This document shows, piece after piece, positions 13,660 through 25,869 of a stretch of 64,000 bases of DNA (positions within the stretch are counted from its first letter, which is position 1; each line of letters starts with the position of its first letter). The position numbers and the translations under genes were made by a program. The stretch comes from Rhina ancylostomus. Taxonomy: Eukaryota. Under the pieces are notes generated by a model. It saw only the letters and a program-made list of their open reading frames with translations. It was not told the DNA's origin and ran no database searches. The DNA lies in NCBI GenBank assembly GCA_030265395.1, contig JARFYF010000056.1, positions 13,684,618 to 13,748,617 of the forward strand. The letters run 5' to 3'.

Positions 13660-15070
13660 CTTCCAACTACCCTTTATATCTCTGTTTTTGGAACTGCATA
13701 CAGAGTTTGGGGAAGGGCGTGAGAAGCACCAGTCCAATTGGCATCTAGTAACTGAGCTGCTGGGTGTGCTGAGAAAACCAGCAGTTGTCAGCCTGGGGCG
13801 GTGTAGAGGAGCCCAGCTTTGCTGCTTACCTGCCCATCCCTCACTCCTGAATGCACAGGAAAGAAACTCTTTCATTCTGTAGCCTCATTTATCTCATTGA
13901 GTTCCAAACGGCGAGGCAGGCATGAAAACAGACTCTGGTTATGGAGTTAGGATCAAACTAAAATCTCATCTGAGGCCAACATTGCCTTTGTTAAAATGCA
14001 CCTCAATCAATGTGCTGTCATTCTTCCACCTTGTGTACTAACCTGTTCCTCTCCTGTTTATTCCCTCCCCATGTTATTCTCTGGAGCTTGCATGGCTGCC
14101 TGCTTGCATGCTGATACAATGTGTGTATATGTTTTTATCGGAAAAGTAACCCATGGAGAAGCCTGGGAGTGCATATTGCTGTACAATACTGTATCAGCGC
14201 AGGCAAATTTATCCTTGGACAGGGTTGATAAAAGCAAAGTAATTGAGGTTCCGTAGACACTCTGGGCTGCAGCCTTCTCAGCCTGACCAAAGAATCGGAA
14301 CCTATTCAAAAAAAATACTTCCAGTTTCTACTTGCAGCTTTATTTCCCCAGTGGAGTTAGAACATAGAACAATACAGCACAGGAACTGGCCCTTCGGCCC
14401 ACACTGTTCCTCACTCTTTGCCTATTTTCCAGCTAAAGTCCTGGGTAAGCAGCCTGTGCATTCCCCTCACCTCATTCTCTACCGTCATCGGCACTGGCTG
14501 CTGGGAAAATGGCTGGAGGGGACAAGGATGGAAAAGACCCAACTTGCTGCCCCGCTTCAGTTAAAGAACGGAGCTGACTGTGACCCTTGCCCCAGTGATG
14601 TTGACTCGCGTCCCACCATCCCAAATACTTCATCGCCTGCCTTCCTGGGTAACAAATATCCTCCTGCAGCCATTTCTCACACTGCAGAGGATTGAGGTTG
14701 AAAGTGGGGAGAATTTCTTATGTCCTTGAATGCTTATGTTTGTTGATTAATTGAGCTCTGAGCATTTCCTGGTTGTACTGAAACTTTAAACGACAGAAGC
14801 TGTAATTTTATCCAATGCCCGAGTAAGTTCAATAAAGCAGCACAAATTCAGTCCATATATGAAAGAATAAATTGGCTGCCTCTGTCCTCCTGCTGCAAGC
14901 CCAACATGTCTCTGATGCTGTCAGTGGAGTCTAGGTTGAATTCGACCTGACTGAAGGCACTTGCTTGCTTATCACAGTAATGTACTGCAATGTGCTCTTT
15001 TAGATGTGTGTTAGTGGAGGAAAAATGCTTTGGGCTGTTTTCCACTTGTCCACCCGGTTCTTTGTTACAG

Positions 15071-15157
15071 TTGGGCCAATATCCACATTTGCGAGAAGAA
15101 ATGGACCGGATTGTGACCACTCACATCCGAGATCGAGAAGGCAGAACAAAAGAGCAG
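15071..15157 (+). CDS. dnm1: Dynamin-1 exon 11
   Basis: 87 nt, cag|TTG...CAG|gtatgg. Encodes [32 protein letters not shown]1-type ([22 protein letters not shown]). Confidence 0.96.
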
Positions 15158-15842
15158 GTATGGAATCTGGAAAGGCCAGAGTCAGTTATTGTCACTTTGC
15201 TATGGCTTGTCTTAAGTAAGCTGGATGATCAAATTAATAAACAGTTCAAACTGCACGAGGTGGTTCTGCCCATTGTGCCTATGCCAGATCTCTGAATGGT
15301 CCTATACCTTTGGTCTTTTCTCACTGGCCTCAAATGTTTCCTTCCCAAGTACTTATCCTTTCATGTTATTGAATCTGCTTCCAGCACCTTTTCAGGCTAT
15401 GCATTTCAGATCAGAACAACTTTCCATCTGGAAAATATGTTTCCTTAATCTCCCTTCTGATATCTTTGGCAACGACCTTAATGGTTTGACTGAAAGCTTC
15501 TCACAGTTCCAGCAGGTTTGAATTGGGTTGTGAACTAGATCACCAATAAAAGGGCAGCAAACACTGACTGACTGTACCCCCTCACATCCCCCATTGCTCC
15601 CTGCACCAGCCCTAATGGTGGAGACAGCTCATTGCTCTAACCACAGTTTGGCACAAGTTAACAGCTTTTTACGGATTGTGATGTAAAATTCTGGGGTCTG
15701 GCCCAGTGCTGTTGCTTCTTCTAGAGTTGTTTCTAGTGGTATCAGCCTGCAATGGGGTATTGTGCTAAACATGCTCCAGTTGGTGACCTCTGATCCCAGC
15801 ATGGTGGCGTCTCCATTGTATAATCTACTGCTTTCCTGTTGA

Positions 15843-15950
<108 letters not shown>

Positions 15951-17375
15951 TAAGTGAATAATCAGAACATCAGCAGCACGGACTGCAACCAATTAGCTGA
16001 TTGTGACTCACCATTTGGTTCCACCTGAGGCTCCTCTATTGCACTAGTGGGAGAAATGTGCCTTCCCAGTGTGATATCTTCAGTCATATAACTCAAGAGG
16101 GCTGCTGTCTCATTTAGACCAGCTTAGCTGATTCCAATTCTGCATCACCTGTTACAGGACCTACGTAAATCTCAGGACCTTTTGAGCAGTAGAGGAACAA
16201 ATTAACTTCCAGACCTGGTCTCTCTATGGTGTGTGTGCGCATGTGTGCGTGTGTGAGACAATGTGGGCCATGGAATCAGGGAGTTGCATAGCATAGAAAC
16301 AGGGCCTTTGGCCCACCATGTCCACACTGAGCATCAAGTGCCCACCTACACCAATCCACTAACCCCATTTGCCAGCACTTGGTCCATAGCTTTCTGTACC
16401 TCAGCAATTCTTCTGAATGCTTAAATGTCTTGAGCATCACTACATCCACCACCCACCCAGAATTTGTGACTCTTTTTTCTGTGTTCATGCACTATCTAAA
16501 ATATAGTCTCAGCTGCTGAATTTAACTCCATTTATGTGCTTGCAACTTTTCAGGTGTGTGCAGGAGTTTTTGTGTGTGTGTGTATCTACATACACGTGTG
16601 TATGCTCGTGAGAGTATGCGTGTGCTTGTAAGGATGTGTTTATGAGTACACATCCTGTGCAGTTGTGTATGAGTGTGACAGAATGCTGGAGACTGCATGT
16701 ACTATAATGTTGCTGTCGAGATGATGGGGTAATTTTCCTGTTAATCCAACCTTATGACCACAATCCTGTCAGTGACTGAGTTTGATTTTATGCACTTAAT
16801 ATAAATATAACAATCCACTGCCCACTGCATTTTTCATGACAAATTACTTTGTTTTTACTGGAAGAAATTGATGTAGGTTTTTTTTCTGCCCTCCAAATAG
16901 ACTGCATGTCTAAGCAAATTGTTTGCTTCACAACAGACTGTTTGTTAAATTGTTTGCCCCACCACATCACCACCTCATTAGTTGACACTCTGATGCTGGT
17001 AATGTTAGCTTAGGTCAACGTCAGACTGAACTGTGATGCTCCTCGTGGTTAAACAACTTGCAGATAATCCACAAGTGGTGCAGATAACTCAAAGTACAGC
17101 CTGCACTGAGGAGTGGCATTTACAGAGGTGGCCCTGCACCATAACCAGCTCCCTGAGTTGAGGAGTTATTTGCATGAAACCAGTCAGCTGTATTTAAAGG
17201 CAGCTGTGGTGTTTGTCTTTTGTATTTACAGGCCACTAACTTGAGATGTGACCCTTGCAAAGCTGAGCAGGTCATGTGAATATTCAGAACATTCTCCCTT
17301 CATTTATTCTTTACTTAAGAAACTTTTCACAGCTGAAGATTAATGTGCTGAAAGTGTTTTCAATCTCGTTTACAG

Positions 17376-17427
17376 TGCACAGCCAAGGAGCTGTCAGCTG
17401 AGCAAGAAGAAGGCTGCAGGCAATCAG
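17376..17427 (+). CDS. dnm1: Dynamin-1 exon 13 (stalk-PH linker)
   Basis: 52 nt, tacag|T GCA...AAT CAG|gtatcc. Encodes (N)AQPRSCQLSKKKAAGNQ; phase is compatible with exon 12. Confidence 0.92.
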
Positions 17428-18122
17428 GTATCCACAGGCTAACCGGGAGCGACTGATGAATGTGGGTGCAGTCGGGTTGTTGTATCTGATTGGAGGTTGA
17501 AGCACAGCCTTTGGGCAGCACAGGCTGAATCCGAGTACAAATGTGGCCCTAGAGGACTGATGCTGATCTCCCAGCCTTTACTATGGTCCAAAGTGGGGCA
17601 GGTCAAGGAGTTCATGTGCAGGCCATAACGTAGATTGAACACGTTGTTAAAGAGGGAAGTCATTTCAGTCCAGTGTCGCATGGAGCCGTGGAGAGTCCCA
17701 GGCACGGCGGCCTGGTCTTGGGGAGGATGTGGGAATAGGCCTGATGGTTTGCTGACTCATTATATCCTGGCATTTGTTGCATGGTCTCTGCCTAGGTAAC
17801 GCTTCCCACACACATGTTGCCGGCTCTGGCACCTGTTCTTCAGTTCATCCCACACCTCTGTTTATATTCCAGGTCCCTTGGTTGCAGACAGTGGGGGTAA
17901 GGTTGGAGTGGAGCAGGGACATAAAACCAGCTGCTTTACCCACCCATGTATGACACAGCTGACCTTCAGTGCTTTGAACAACACTGAGCAGTGGATAGGG
18001 CACATCCTGTGAAGACCAACACAATCGTGCCATCCTTTACCTTCCCGCTAATGTACAATTCCATCCACGACTAGCTATCTCATTCCCTCCATCCTCCCTC
18101 TCTACCTCTCTCACTGCTCCAT

Positions 18123-18309
18123 CTTCAGTAGAACAGAATGTTGGGAATAAATTACGGTTATATCGGGTGTCCACTACAAATTAATTACATCAGGCTTTCA
18201 AGGGTTAAATCATTAAAAGAGTTTCCATGGACTTGGTTTGCATTCCCTTTGACTTAGAAGGTCGAGGCAGATCTAATGATGATGTTTAAAGCAATTGTGG
18301 AATTTAATG
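18123..18309 (+). repeat. ~186-bp direct repeat, copy 1 (decayed CR1-like piece)
   Basis: Collinear with 20708-20893. Confidence 0.85.
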
Positions 18310-18351
18310 CTCTCTCACCATAATTCTCTTCTTGCCCCTCTGTCACTCAAA

Positions 18352-18354
<3 letters not shown>

Positions 18355-18401
<47 letters not shown>
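18355..18401. repeat. (CT)n microsatellite
   Basis: Directly visible. Confidence 0.95.
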
Positions 18402-18405
<4 letters not shown>

Positions 18406-18494
18406 CCTTTCCCTCTCTCTTGAACCTTTTCCTCTTTTGCTGTTTCTCTGCCTTGACCCCTCTCTTGCTCTTTCCCCCCAACACTCTTTCAGTA

Positions 18495-18815
18495 ATGGTA
18501 CAGTGGTATGGCAGTTAGACAGCTGCCTTAGAATTCCAGAGACCTACATCAAATCCTGATCTCTGGTGCTGTCTGGGTGGCATTAGCACATTCTCCCTTT
18601 GATCTTGCAGGTTCCCCCCTCCTCCCTGCCTTTCCAGATACTCTTGTTTCCTCCCATATCCCAAAGATGTGTTGTTGGTTGATAGATTAATTGGCGACTA
18701 TAAACTATCCCTGGTGCAGATGGGTAGTTGGTGGTCTAAGAGGTGAATTGAAATAAGTAGGATTGCTTTGAGAGCTAGCATTGATGATGGGCCAAGTGTC
18801 CCCTTCTCTGTCATA
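18495..18815 (+). mobile_element. V-SINE (HE1-like), decayed
   Basis: ggtacagtggtatggcag...ccagagacc...tcctgatctctggtgctgtctgggtgg...gtttcctcccatatcccaaagatgtg (V domain). Confidence 0.7.
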
Positions 18816-20039
18816 AGGAAATATGAAATATCCCTCTCTCTTACCCCTACTCCCTCACCCCTTTCCCTTCTCTTCTCTCTTCCATGGCCTCTCCCCAACC
18901 CTCACTCCCTTCGTGGAAATCCATTGGAAGGAAAAGCCTGGCTGATTTTCCCATTCTGTAGTTCAGAATGTACTGAGGTCAGTGACAGGTTCATCTTGCA
19001 CCTTGGGTCTGCCCTGATCTGCTGGCTCCCTTCCACACTGGACTGAAATGGTGATCCCAAGATCTTGCTTTGAATTTTTCTTCTTGTAGAAAATAATGAG
19101 TACAAAGGTCATGTGAACCCAGATTCCTCTTTATTGGCTGCTCGAGCTTGCTACAGTGCTGCCTGCATTTCGCACGCGCTCTCACTGCCTGCCTGTCATT
19201 GGCTGGGCTACAAGTAGCCCTTGAGTGTGAAGGGGATGGTCCATTTTAGCTGCAGCGATTTGATCAGATGGGACAGAATCCATGGATAAAGCTCCAAGCA
19301 GCCCACAAGACACAACATCCAGAACCACTTTACTCGTTGGATCACAAACATCGTGTTCACTGCGGTTCACCAAGGACCCGGTGAACAAAGCTTGTTCCAG
19401 CCACCAGATCTTGGATGAAGAGTTCCACAATTTCTTCAGCTTTCTTCCCCTTTAAGAGCTTTGTTCAACTTCGCTAGTCGTTATTTCTTTTGTTGCTTTT
19501 ATTGCAATTTTCATTTTTTTTTCCTCATCCAGGTAACGTTTGTGATAATGAAGCTCATTCAAGACATTTTAAAGAAAAAGTAATTCAGCCAAGGACAAAA
19601 ACAAAACAAATGCAGTAAAGCTAGCATATTGAATGATTGAAATGTTGTTAAATTTTAACCAGAATTTCCATAGAAATTTTTTGAAATTCTGCATCTTCCT
19701 CAAGCTCAGAAATTTTTAATCGTATCTATTTTCTCCACAAATATTTTCAGATCACCCATTTTGTAATGAACACAAATATATATTTGAAGTCTATTTTCCA
19801 CCAGTTTTAACTGCCTGCCATATTGCAGGCCTAAATCACAGCAGTTGTGCGCTTGAATGAGTTGAGACCACTGATACGTAGTTTCTGCTGTAAGTGGATT
19901 GTTCTGTAAGCAAATGCCATCCATTTTACTGGTGTAATAATCAGGCTCATTTTATATTCTTCCTTTCTTTATTGAACCTTCTTCCCCTTGCCACTTCTCT
20001 GCTTGGCTTCTTTACATCTGCTATGGTTACTCTATGAAG

Positions 20040-20051
20040 GATGAAATTATG
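20040..20051 (+). CDS. dnm1: Dynamin-1 12-nt microexon (DEIM; mammalian DEIL)
   Basis: aag|GATGAAATTATG|gtgagt, phase 0/0, after a long pyrimidine tract with TGC motifs. Lies between GNQ and VIRKGW, as in DNM1. Confidence 0.9.
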
Positions 20052-20062
20052 GTGAGTATATT

Positions 20063-20076
20063 GTTGCCGTGGCAAC
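20063..20076. promoter_or_regulatory. RFX X-box-like palindrome
   Basis: GTTGCCGTGGCAAC, one mismatch from the perfect X-box GTTGCCATGGCAAC. Confidence 0.5.
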
Positions 20077-20707
20077 GCAGGTTAAGTGTTGGAACTACAT
20101 CTGGGTGAGTTGGGCTGTTCAAATTTGAGGTGAGCCGCTGACATACCTGGGAACAATTTGGGCTTGATTGAGAATTCTCAGGGATTTATGGAATTGACTA
20201 GATCTCCAGGTCACATGGAACTTGGGGCTTGCAAGTCACAGGCTCCAATTGGTGAGTGTCTGCCTTAAGTTGAGAAGCTTTGTTTGCGCCAATTGGATCC
20301 TGGGGCTTCATAGTCTCAGGATTGACACTTCAGAAAAATTCCCAGATGTGCTACATCAACAGATTCGCCTCCAATTTCTCAGTGCTCCTTGGAAAAGATG
20401 ACCACTCCCACTCTCCCTTGTGTTCCCAATTCCATTCACCACTTTTCATTTCCCAGTATCACTTCGTTGTGTACATGGAAGGTAGAAGTCAACAGGGCAG
20501 ACTGACTACATAAGTGGGCAAGGCTATGGTAGATGGTGCACATTGTGGGGTCTTGAGAGGTGAATCTAGGAAATCTATGGATAGTGCGAGATTGAAAGCT
20601 GCAGATAGTGAAGGAACTTGAGTTCCTGTGTACTCAAATTATCAACAGCCTGAGCAAAGTCTTCAGAAGTTCTCAGTAGGCTTAGAATAGAAAATGAGGC
20701 AGTGATG

Positions 20708-20893
20708 CTTCAGTAGAATAAAATGTTGGGAATAAACTATGGTTATATAGTATGTCCACTGCAAATTAATTACAGCAGGTCTTCAAGGGTTAAATTATGA
20801 AAGGAGTGTCCATGGATGGGTTTGCCTTCCTTTTGAATTAGAAGGTTGAGGCAGATCTAATGATGGTGTTTAAAGCAATTGTAGAATTTGATG
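20708..20893 (+). repeat. ~186-bp direct repeat, copy 2, within a longer decayed CR1 (about 20490-21160)
   Basis: Collinear with 18123-18309; contains the CR1-like agaaggttgaggcagatctaatgatggtgtttaaa. Confidence 0.85.
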
Positions 20894-22799
20894 GGCTCAA
20901 TAAAGAGGAACTAATCTCTCTTCTGAGGAAGCCGGGCTATTTTGAATTGAAATTGGGAAGGACCCTTTCACATGTTGGATACTCTCTACAAAGAAAGACT
21001 CAGGTTGTTGGGAGTCATAAGAAATTTTCAAAATTAAGTGTTTCTAAGGGAAGGATAGTGCCTGATAGGAAGCAAACATGGGCAGATGGAGGTCAGATAC
21101 AGACTCTGATCTGTTGAATGGTTGGACAGATTGGACAGGTTGAATTGCTTCCATTGCTTCTGAAGGTCTTGGAAAAGGTTCAGATGAAGAAATTGTTCAG
21201 CCCATTTGATCAATTCCCTGAAGGTACCATTGCATGTACTGAGCTATTTCTTAAATAGGAGGTGGGAGAACTAACTGGATATCGATGAAAGACAAGTCCC
21301 TGAGTAAAACATTGTCTTTTGCCACCTCTCTCTCTCTCTGACTCATGGTCCACATTTTCAATATCCAAGGTGTTAATCTGAGGTTGGAAGTTAATCTCAG
21401 GAGATGGTGGAAGATGATGATAATAAACGGGCCAATCTACTAGCTGAGAGTTTATCAGTACTGATGTGCCTCACTGGATGAAGTCAAGCAGAAATTGCAC
21501 TGGCTTTCTCTTCCACTCCACTCTCTCCCGTACAGTAACACAAGTCTGATTCCTCCATGTTGCCAGGATGTTTGGAGGGAATAAAAATAACCATGTGGCA
21601 TTTCCCCATAATTTTCACTATTTGGTGATGCTTGTGAGGGAATAGCGTCTGATGCACATAATGCCCAAATCATAGTAGTCCATTTTGAATCAACTAGACC
21701 CTGCTTTTTGTTTTAAAGAAGAGTTGGTGTGTTGCAGCATTGTTGTTGCTTCTGTCCCTGACAGAACCCAGATGTACATCCGCTTGACCGTGCGTTTGTG
21801 TGTTTAGTTATGTAGCTTGAGCTGTTAGTCTCTGGCTCTCACCCCTTCCTTCTGTTGCATGCTGCTGGATTTTTCTGCTGTTTTAGCTTCAGTCTTTCAT
21901 GAATTTGACCCCCTTGATGCCTTGTGTCTCCATGCAGAGTGGTTTTGTTGTTTTCTAAAGGTTTTTGAATTGAGCTGAAATTCAGCTCCAAACATCAATC
22001 TAAGAGGATGAAACTGGAGGACTGGGTTCATCATTTTGACAATGACAATACTCTGTGGCTTCCGGATGAGGCTCTTTGACTCCCACTGGAAATGGCAGTG
22101 AAACGGAGAGTGGGGCTCTGGGGTGGTGGGGGTGGGGGTGAGGGTGAGTGGGAATTGTAGGGGGTGGGAGGCCTCTACTCTTCTGCTTCATGTTCTCATC
22201 CAATTTTCAAATCATACGGCCTGTAGAGAACCTTGTTTTGCTCCATATGGATTTTTGGAGTTCTGGTCCCATTGGTGTGAGCCCGAAGGCTGTTCCTGTA
22301 AAGTACAGTTTCTCTGCCTTTTTGCAAACCATTCTCTGCACTTTCTGCTATTTTGGGTCCATTGCCAAAGTATCTCCCAATGGAAAAGTGCACTCTAATA
22401 ATTGGTTCATTTCCATCATAAGAAGTATAAATATTGACCGTTAGTAATCTCTCTGCATTTTTGTCAGCGTCCACAAAAGAAAATTAAGTGGGTAGTAGAA
22501 TCTTGGGGAATGCTTTCTAATTCTCCCACCTCTCCATTGCACTCATGGTACCCTTTATAATATGATGCACAATGCGTATTTGAGGGCAGACATTAGTCCA
22601 GGAACAATGGGAAGCGTTGCTTACCAATGGAGCTCCACTCTCATGATTGATCTTGGCATCGAAATGGATTCTAACCTCTTAATATTCTCTCTGTTTTCCG
22701 ACATATAGAAGATACTACAATGTTTTGCATATAATTTTGCTATAACACACATGGATTCGCAAAAGGTGTGCGTGTATCCACCCTGTGCATTAACTGTGA

Positions 22800-23071
<272 letters not shown>

Positions 23072-24479
23072 GTCAGTTCATCACTTACTTCATTGATGCC
23101 AGGAATGCTGAAATGTTGTCTTTCCATGTTGCCAAACTATGGGTGGGTGAGTGAAGGCTCATTGCAGAAGAACCCACCAAGGCAGGGAAGAGTTGGAAAG
23201 GCATTGATGCTACATTAAAAGATGGTAGAAAGGGCTGAAGGAGGTGTTACAGCCTTGAAATCACTGGGTAAAGAATGAGGTGGGATGCAGCAAGTCTAAC
23301 TGCCAACAGTCTTGTTGGAAGGTGGAAAGATAAGGAGAAGAAGTTCAGAGATACTGCGGCCAATGTAGGCAGTGGGTGTGAAGAACTGAAGCTCAGGATG
23401 GAATGCTGATCAAACAGTAATGCTCCTCTTAGACCTTTTCTAGAATTGGGAGCTCGGTGCAGGAAGAACCTTGCCTGATGTCAAGGACAGTAGTTGTAGA
23501 GATTTATGCTTTATGGAGTGTTAAGAGGAAAAAAATAATTGAGATAGAAATGGAAGCCAAGCTTCCTTAAGACAGTTTGACTGATTTGCTGGCACCTACT
23601 TTATATTTGTTGCTGATATATGCTGTACTATTTTATATAGGCTTCTCATACCAAGCCTTTGAGTGTCAACATAGTTCTCTTGCCTCCACTCACAGCTTTG
23701 AACCCCTTACAGGGCAACCTAGAAAACTTCTAGGAGTGGGCATAGCCTTCAATGATCTGGGACAACATACAGGGAGATGAGGGATTAGACTGAAAACAGT
23801 GGCTTATTGGAAGAGATGGGTGGATCCAACAGTCATGTCAGGGGAGGAACTTCGATAAGTGAAAGGGATTACAAAAGCAGAGGCAAAAATTTTATTCTGA
23901 GGAGAAATCTGGAAAGGACTCATCTCCAGAGAACTATGTCATAGATAATTTATTTGGTGAATTTTCCACCAGTTTGAAGTGATCCAACAAGACTGTCCAC
24001 CCAATGTAATTGGTTGGCATTTGCACATCAGCTTTTATGCAGGTAATGAGGCAAGAGTGTGGAAAGTAACGAGAAGGGCCGAGTGAACTTAGGCATACAG
24101 TATATTTTGACCTCACTTACTTAACTTTTATGGTGAGGTGAGGGAGAAGTTTTGCTGAAATCTCCACCAGGGAGGAAAGGTCAGAGGGAAATCCACCATA
24201 CGGTGGAAAGGAAATATCTTGACAAACTACCCTTTCTTATCCTATTCCATATTGTCAATGAGTACCCTGACTGCCTCCCCTCTGTAGTGATGGAATCTTA
24301 CATTATTAATCATAGGCACTATCTGACAATAACAATCACTCCCGAGTTTACTGCTTGTCTACTAAATCTTATTTCCTGCGGTCATGTTTTGGACACAATA
24401 CTGACTCAGCTTTTCCCCATTATAAATTTCCATGTCACACTTGGAATGAAATCTGCTTGTGTAAACTTGCTGTCGTTAC

Positions 24480-24972
24480 ACATGGAAAGGGTGCAGAAGA
24501 GGTTTACCAGGATGCTGCCTGGATTAGAGGGTGTGAGCTGTAAAGAGACATTGGACAAACTTGGATTGTTTTCTCTGGAACGTCGAAGGCTGAGGGGAGA
24601 CCTGATAGAAGTTTAGAAAATTATGAGAGGCATAGATAGTGTAGACAGTCAAAATCTGATTCCCAGGGTAGAAATGTCATATGCAAGAGGACATGCATTT
24701 AAGGGGAGGNNNNNNNNNNNNNNNNNNNNNNNNNNNNNNNNNNNNNNNNNNNNNNNNNNNNNNNNNNNNNNNNNNNNNNNNNNGGAATGGGCTGCCAGGG
24801 GTAGTGGTGGAAAGCAGTGTTTAGGAGGCTGTAAGATAGACACATGAATATGCAGGAAATGGAGGGATATGGATCGTGTGCAGGCAGACAAGATTTAGTT
24901 TATTTTGGCAACATGTTCACCATAGACATCGTGGGCTGAAGGGCCTGTTCCTGTGCTGTACTGTTCTATGTT
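24480..24972 (+). mobile_element. CR1 LINE 3' fragment
   Basis: ERVQKRFTRMLPGLEGVSCKETLDKLGLFSLERRRLRGDLIEV (CR1 ORF2 C-terminus) plus tail gaagggcctgttcctgtgctgtactgttctatgttc. Confidence 0.92.
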
Positions 24973-25869
24973 CACATCTGGTCAATAGTGGCAGCTTTGT
25001 ATATCTGTTCTGCATCTCCTTGTACCTCAGTGCTGCAGAGAAATTCCATTAAGCCAACCAGCTGGACTTCTCCCTTTCCCTGCAATTGTTAAAAGTATTG
25101 CTATTTTACTCTAAGTATATAACTGGAAACCTGAGAGATTTATACAATAAGGATAATATGTTTGATTAAAAATAGGGACCTAATCAGACTGTGCAGCATT
25201 AATCAAATATCCTTCCCTCAGCTTTTCAACCCCACCCTCCCCTTTACCTAGTCATGACTGTTTACAGAAGGATTGAGCAAAAAAGCACTGCAAGAGACCA
25301 GTGAGTCCATTGAACATGGACTTGTTCTTTACTCCCTATCAGAGGAGAATTAACTTCTATTATACATAAATAAAAATAAAATAATGAGTAAGACTGAGGA
25401 AAGTCACTTTGCTTCCTCAGCATCTGACATCCTTCTTTCACTGCATTTGAAGCACAGGTGATTTCCCACATCACACAAAGGTCAGGCGTACTGCATGCTG
25501 GCTGAGCATTCCACAGCACTGACTTTGTCATTATTAAAATGGCTAAAGGGGAGAGGTTGGGAATATAAAGTGTCAGGACTTGGGCCAGCAAATTAACAGT
25601 TGCCTGTTACACTCTGAGTTTCCAAGGGGCCTGCTGACCCTTCCAAGGATCTTGCTTAGTTTCAACAAAAGAAAATGGAACCAATGCAAATTTCACCCCT
25701 GCTTCAGTCTGGATTTAAACCTGCCATGATACACATTTGTAAAATTGATCTCCAGTGCAGCGTGATTATAGATTATGGAAGAGGCCTAACAGTTTTGGAG
25801 GGCCTAGACCCAGCCTGGTCTGGTATACACAGATATGTGGTCTTAGAAGATCTTTGGAGCCAACATCTG

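Noticed and set aside
13351-13882. Long ORFs with HT/CV repeats or X runs (also 35361-35835 and 40165-40920)
   Set aside because: They arise from microsatellites and N gaps.
21840-21965. Possible extra cassette exon after catgcag (21937) near a TGCATG
   Set aside because: In-frame stop, very weak donor (aag|gttttt) and no dynamin similarity.
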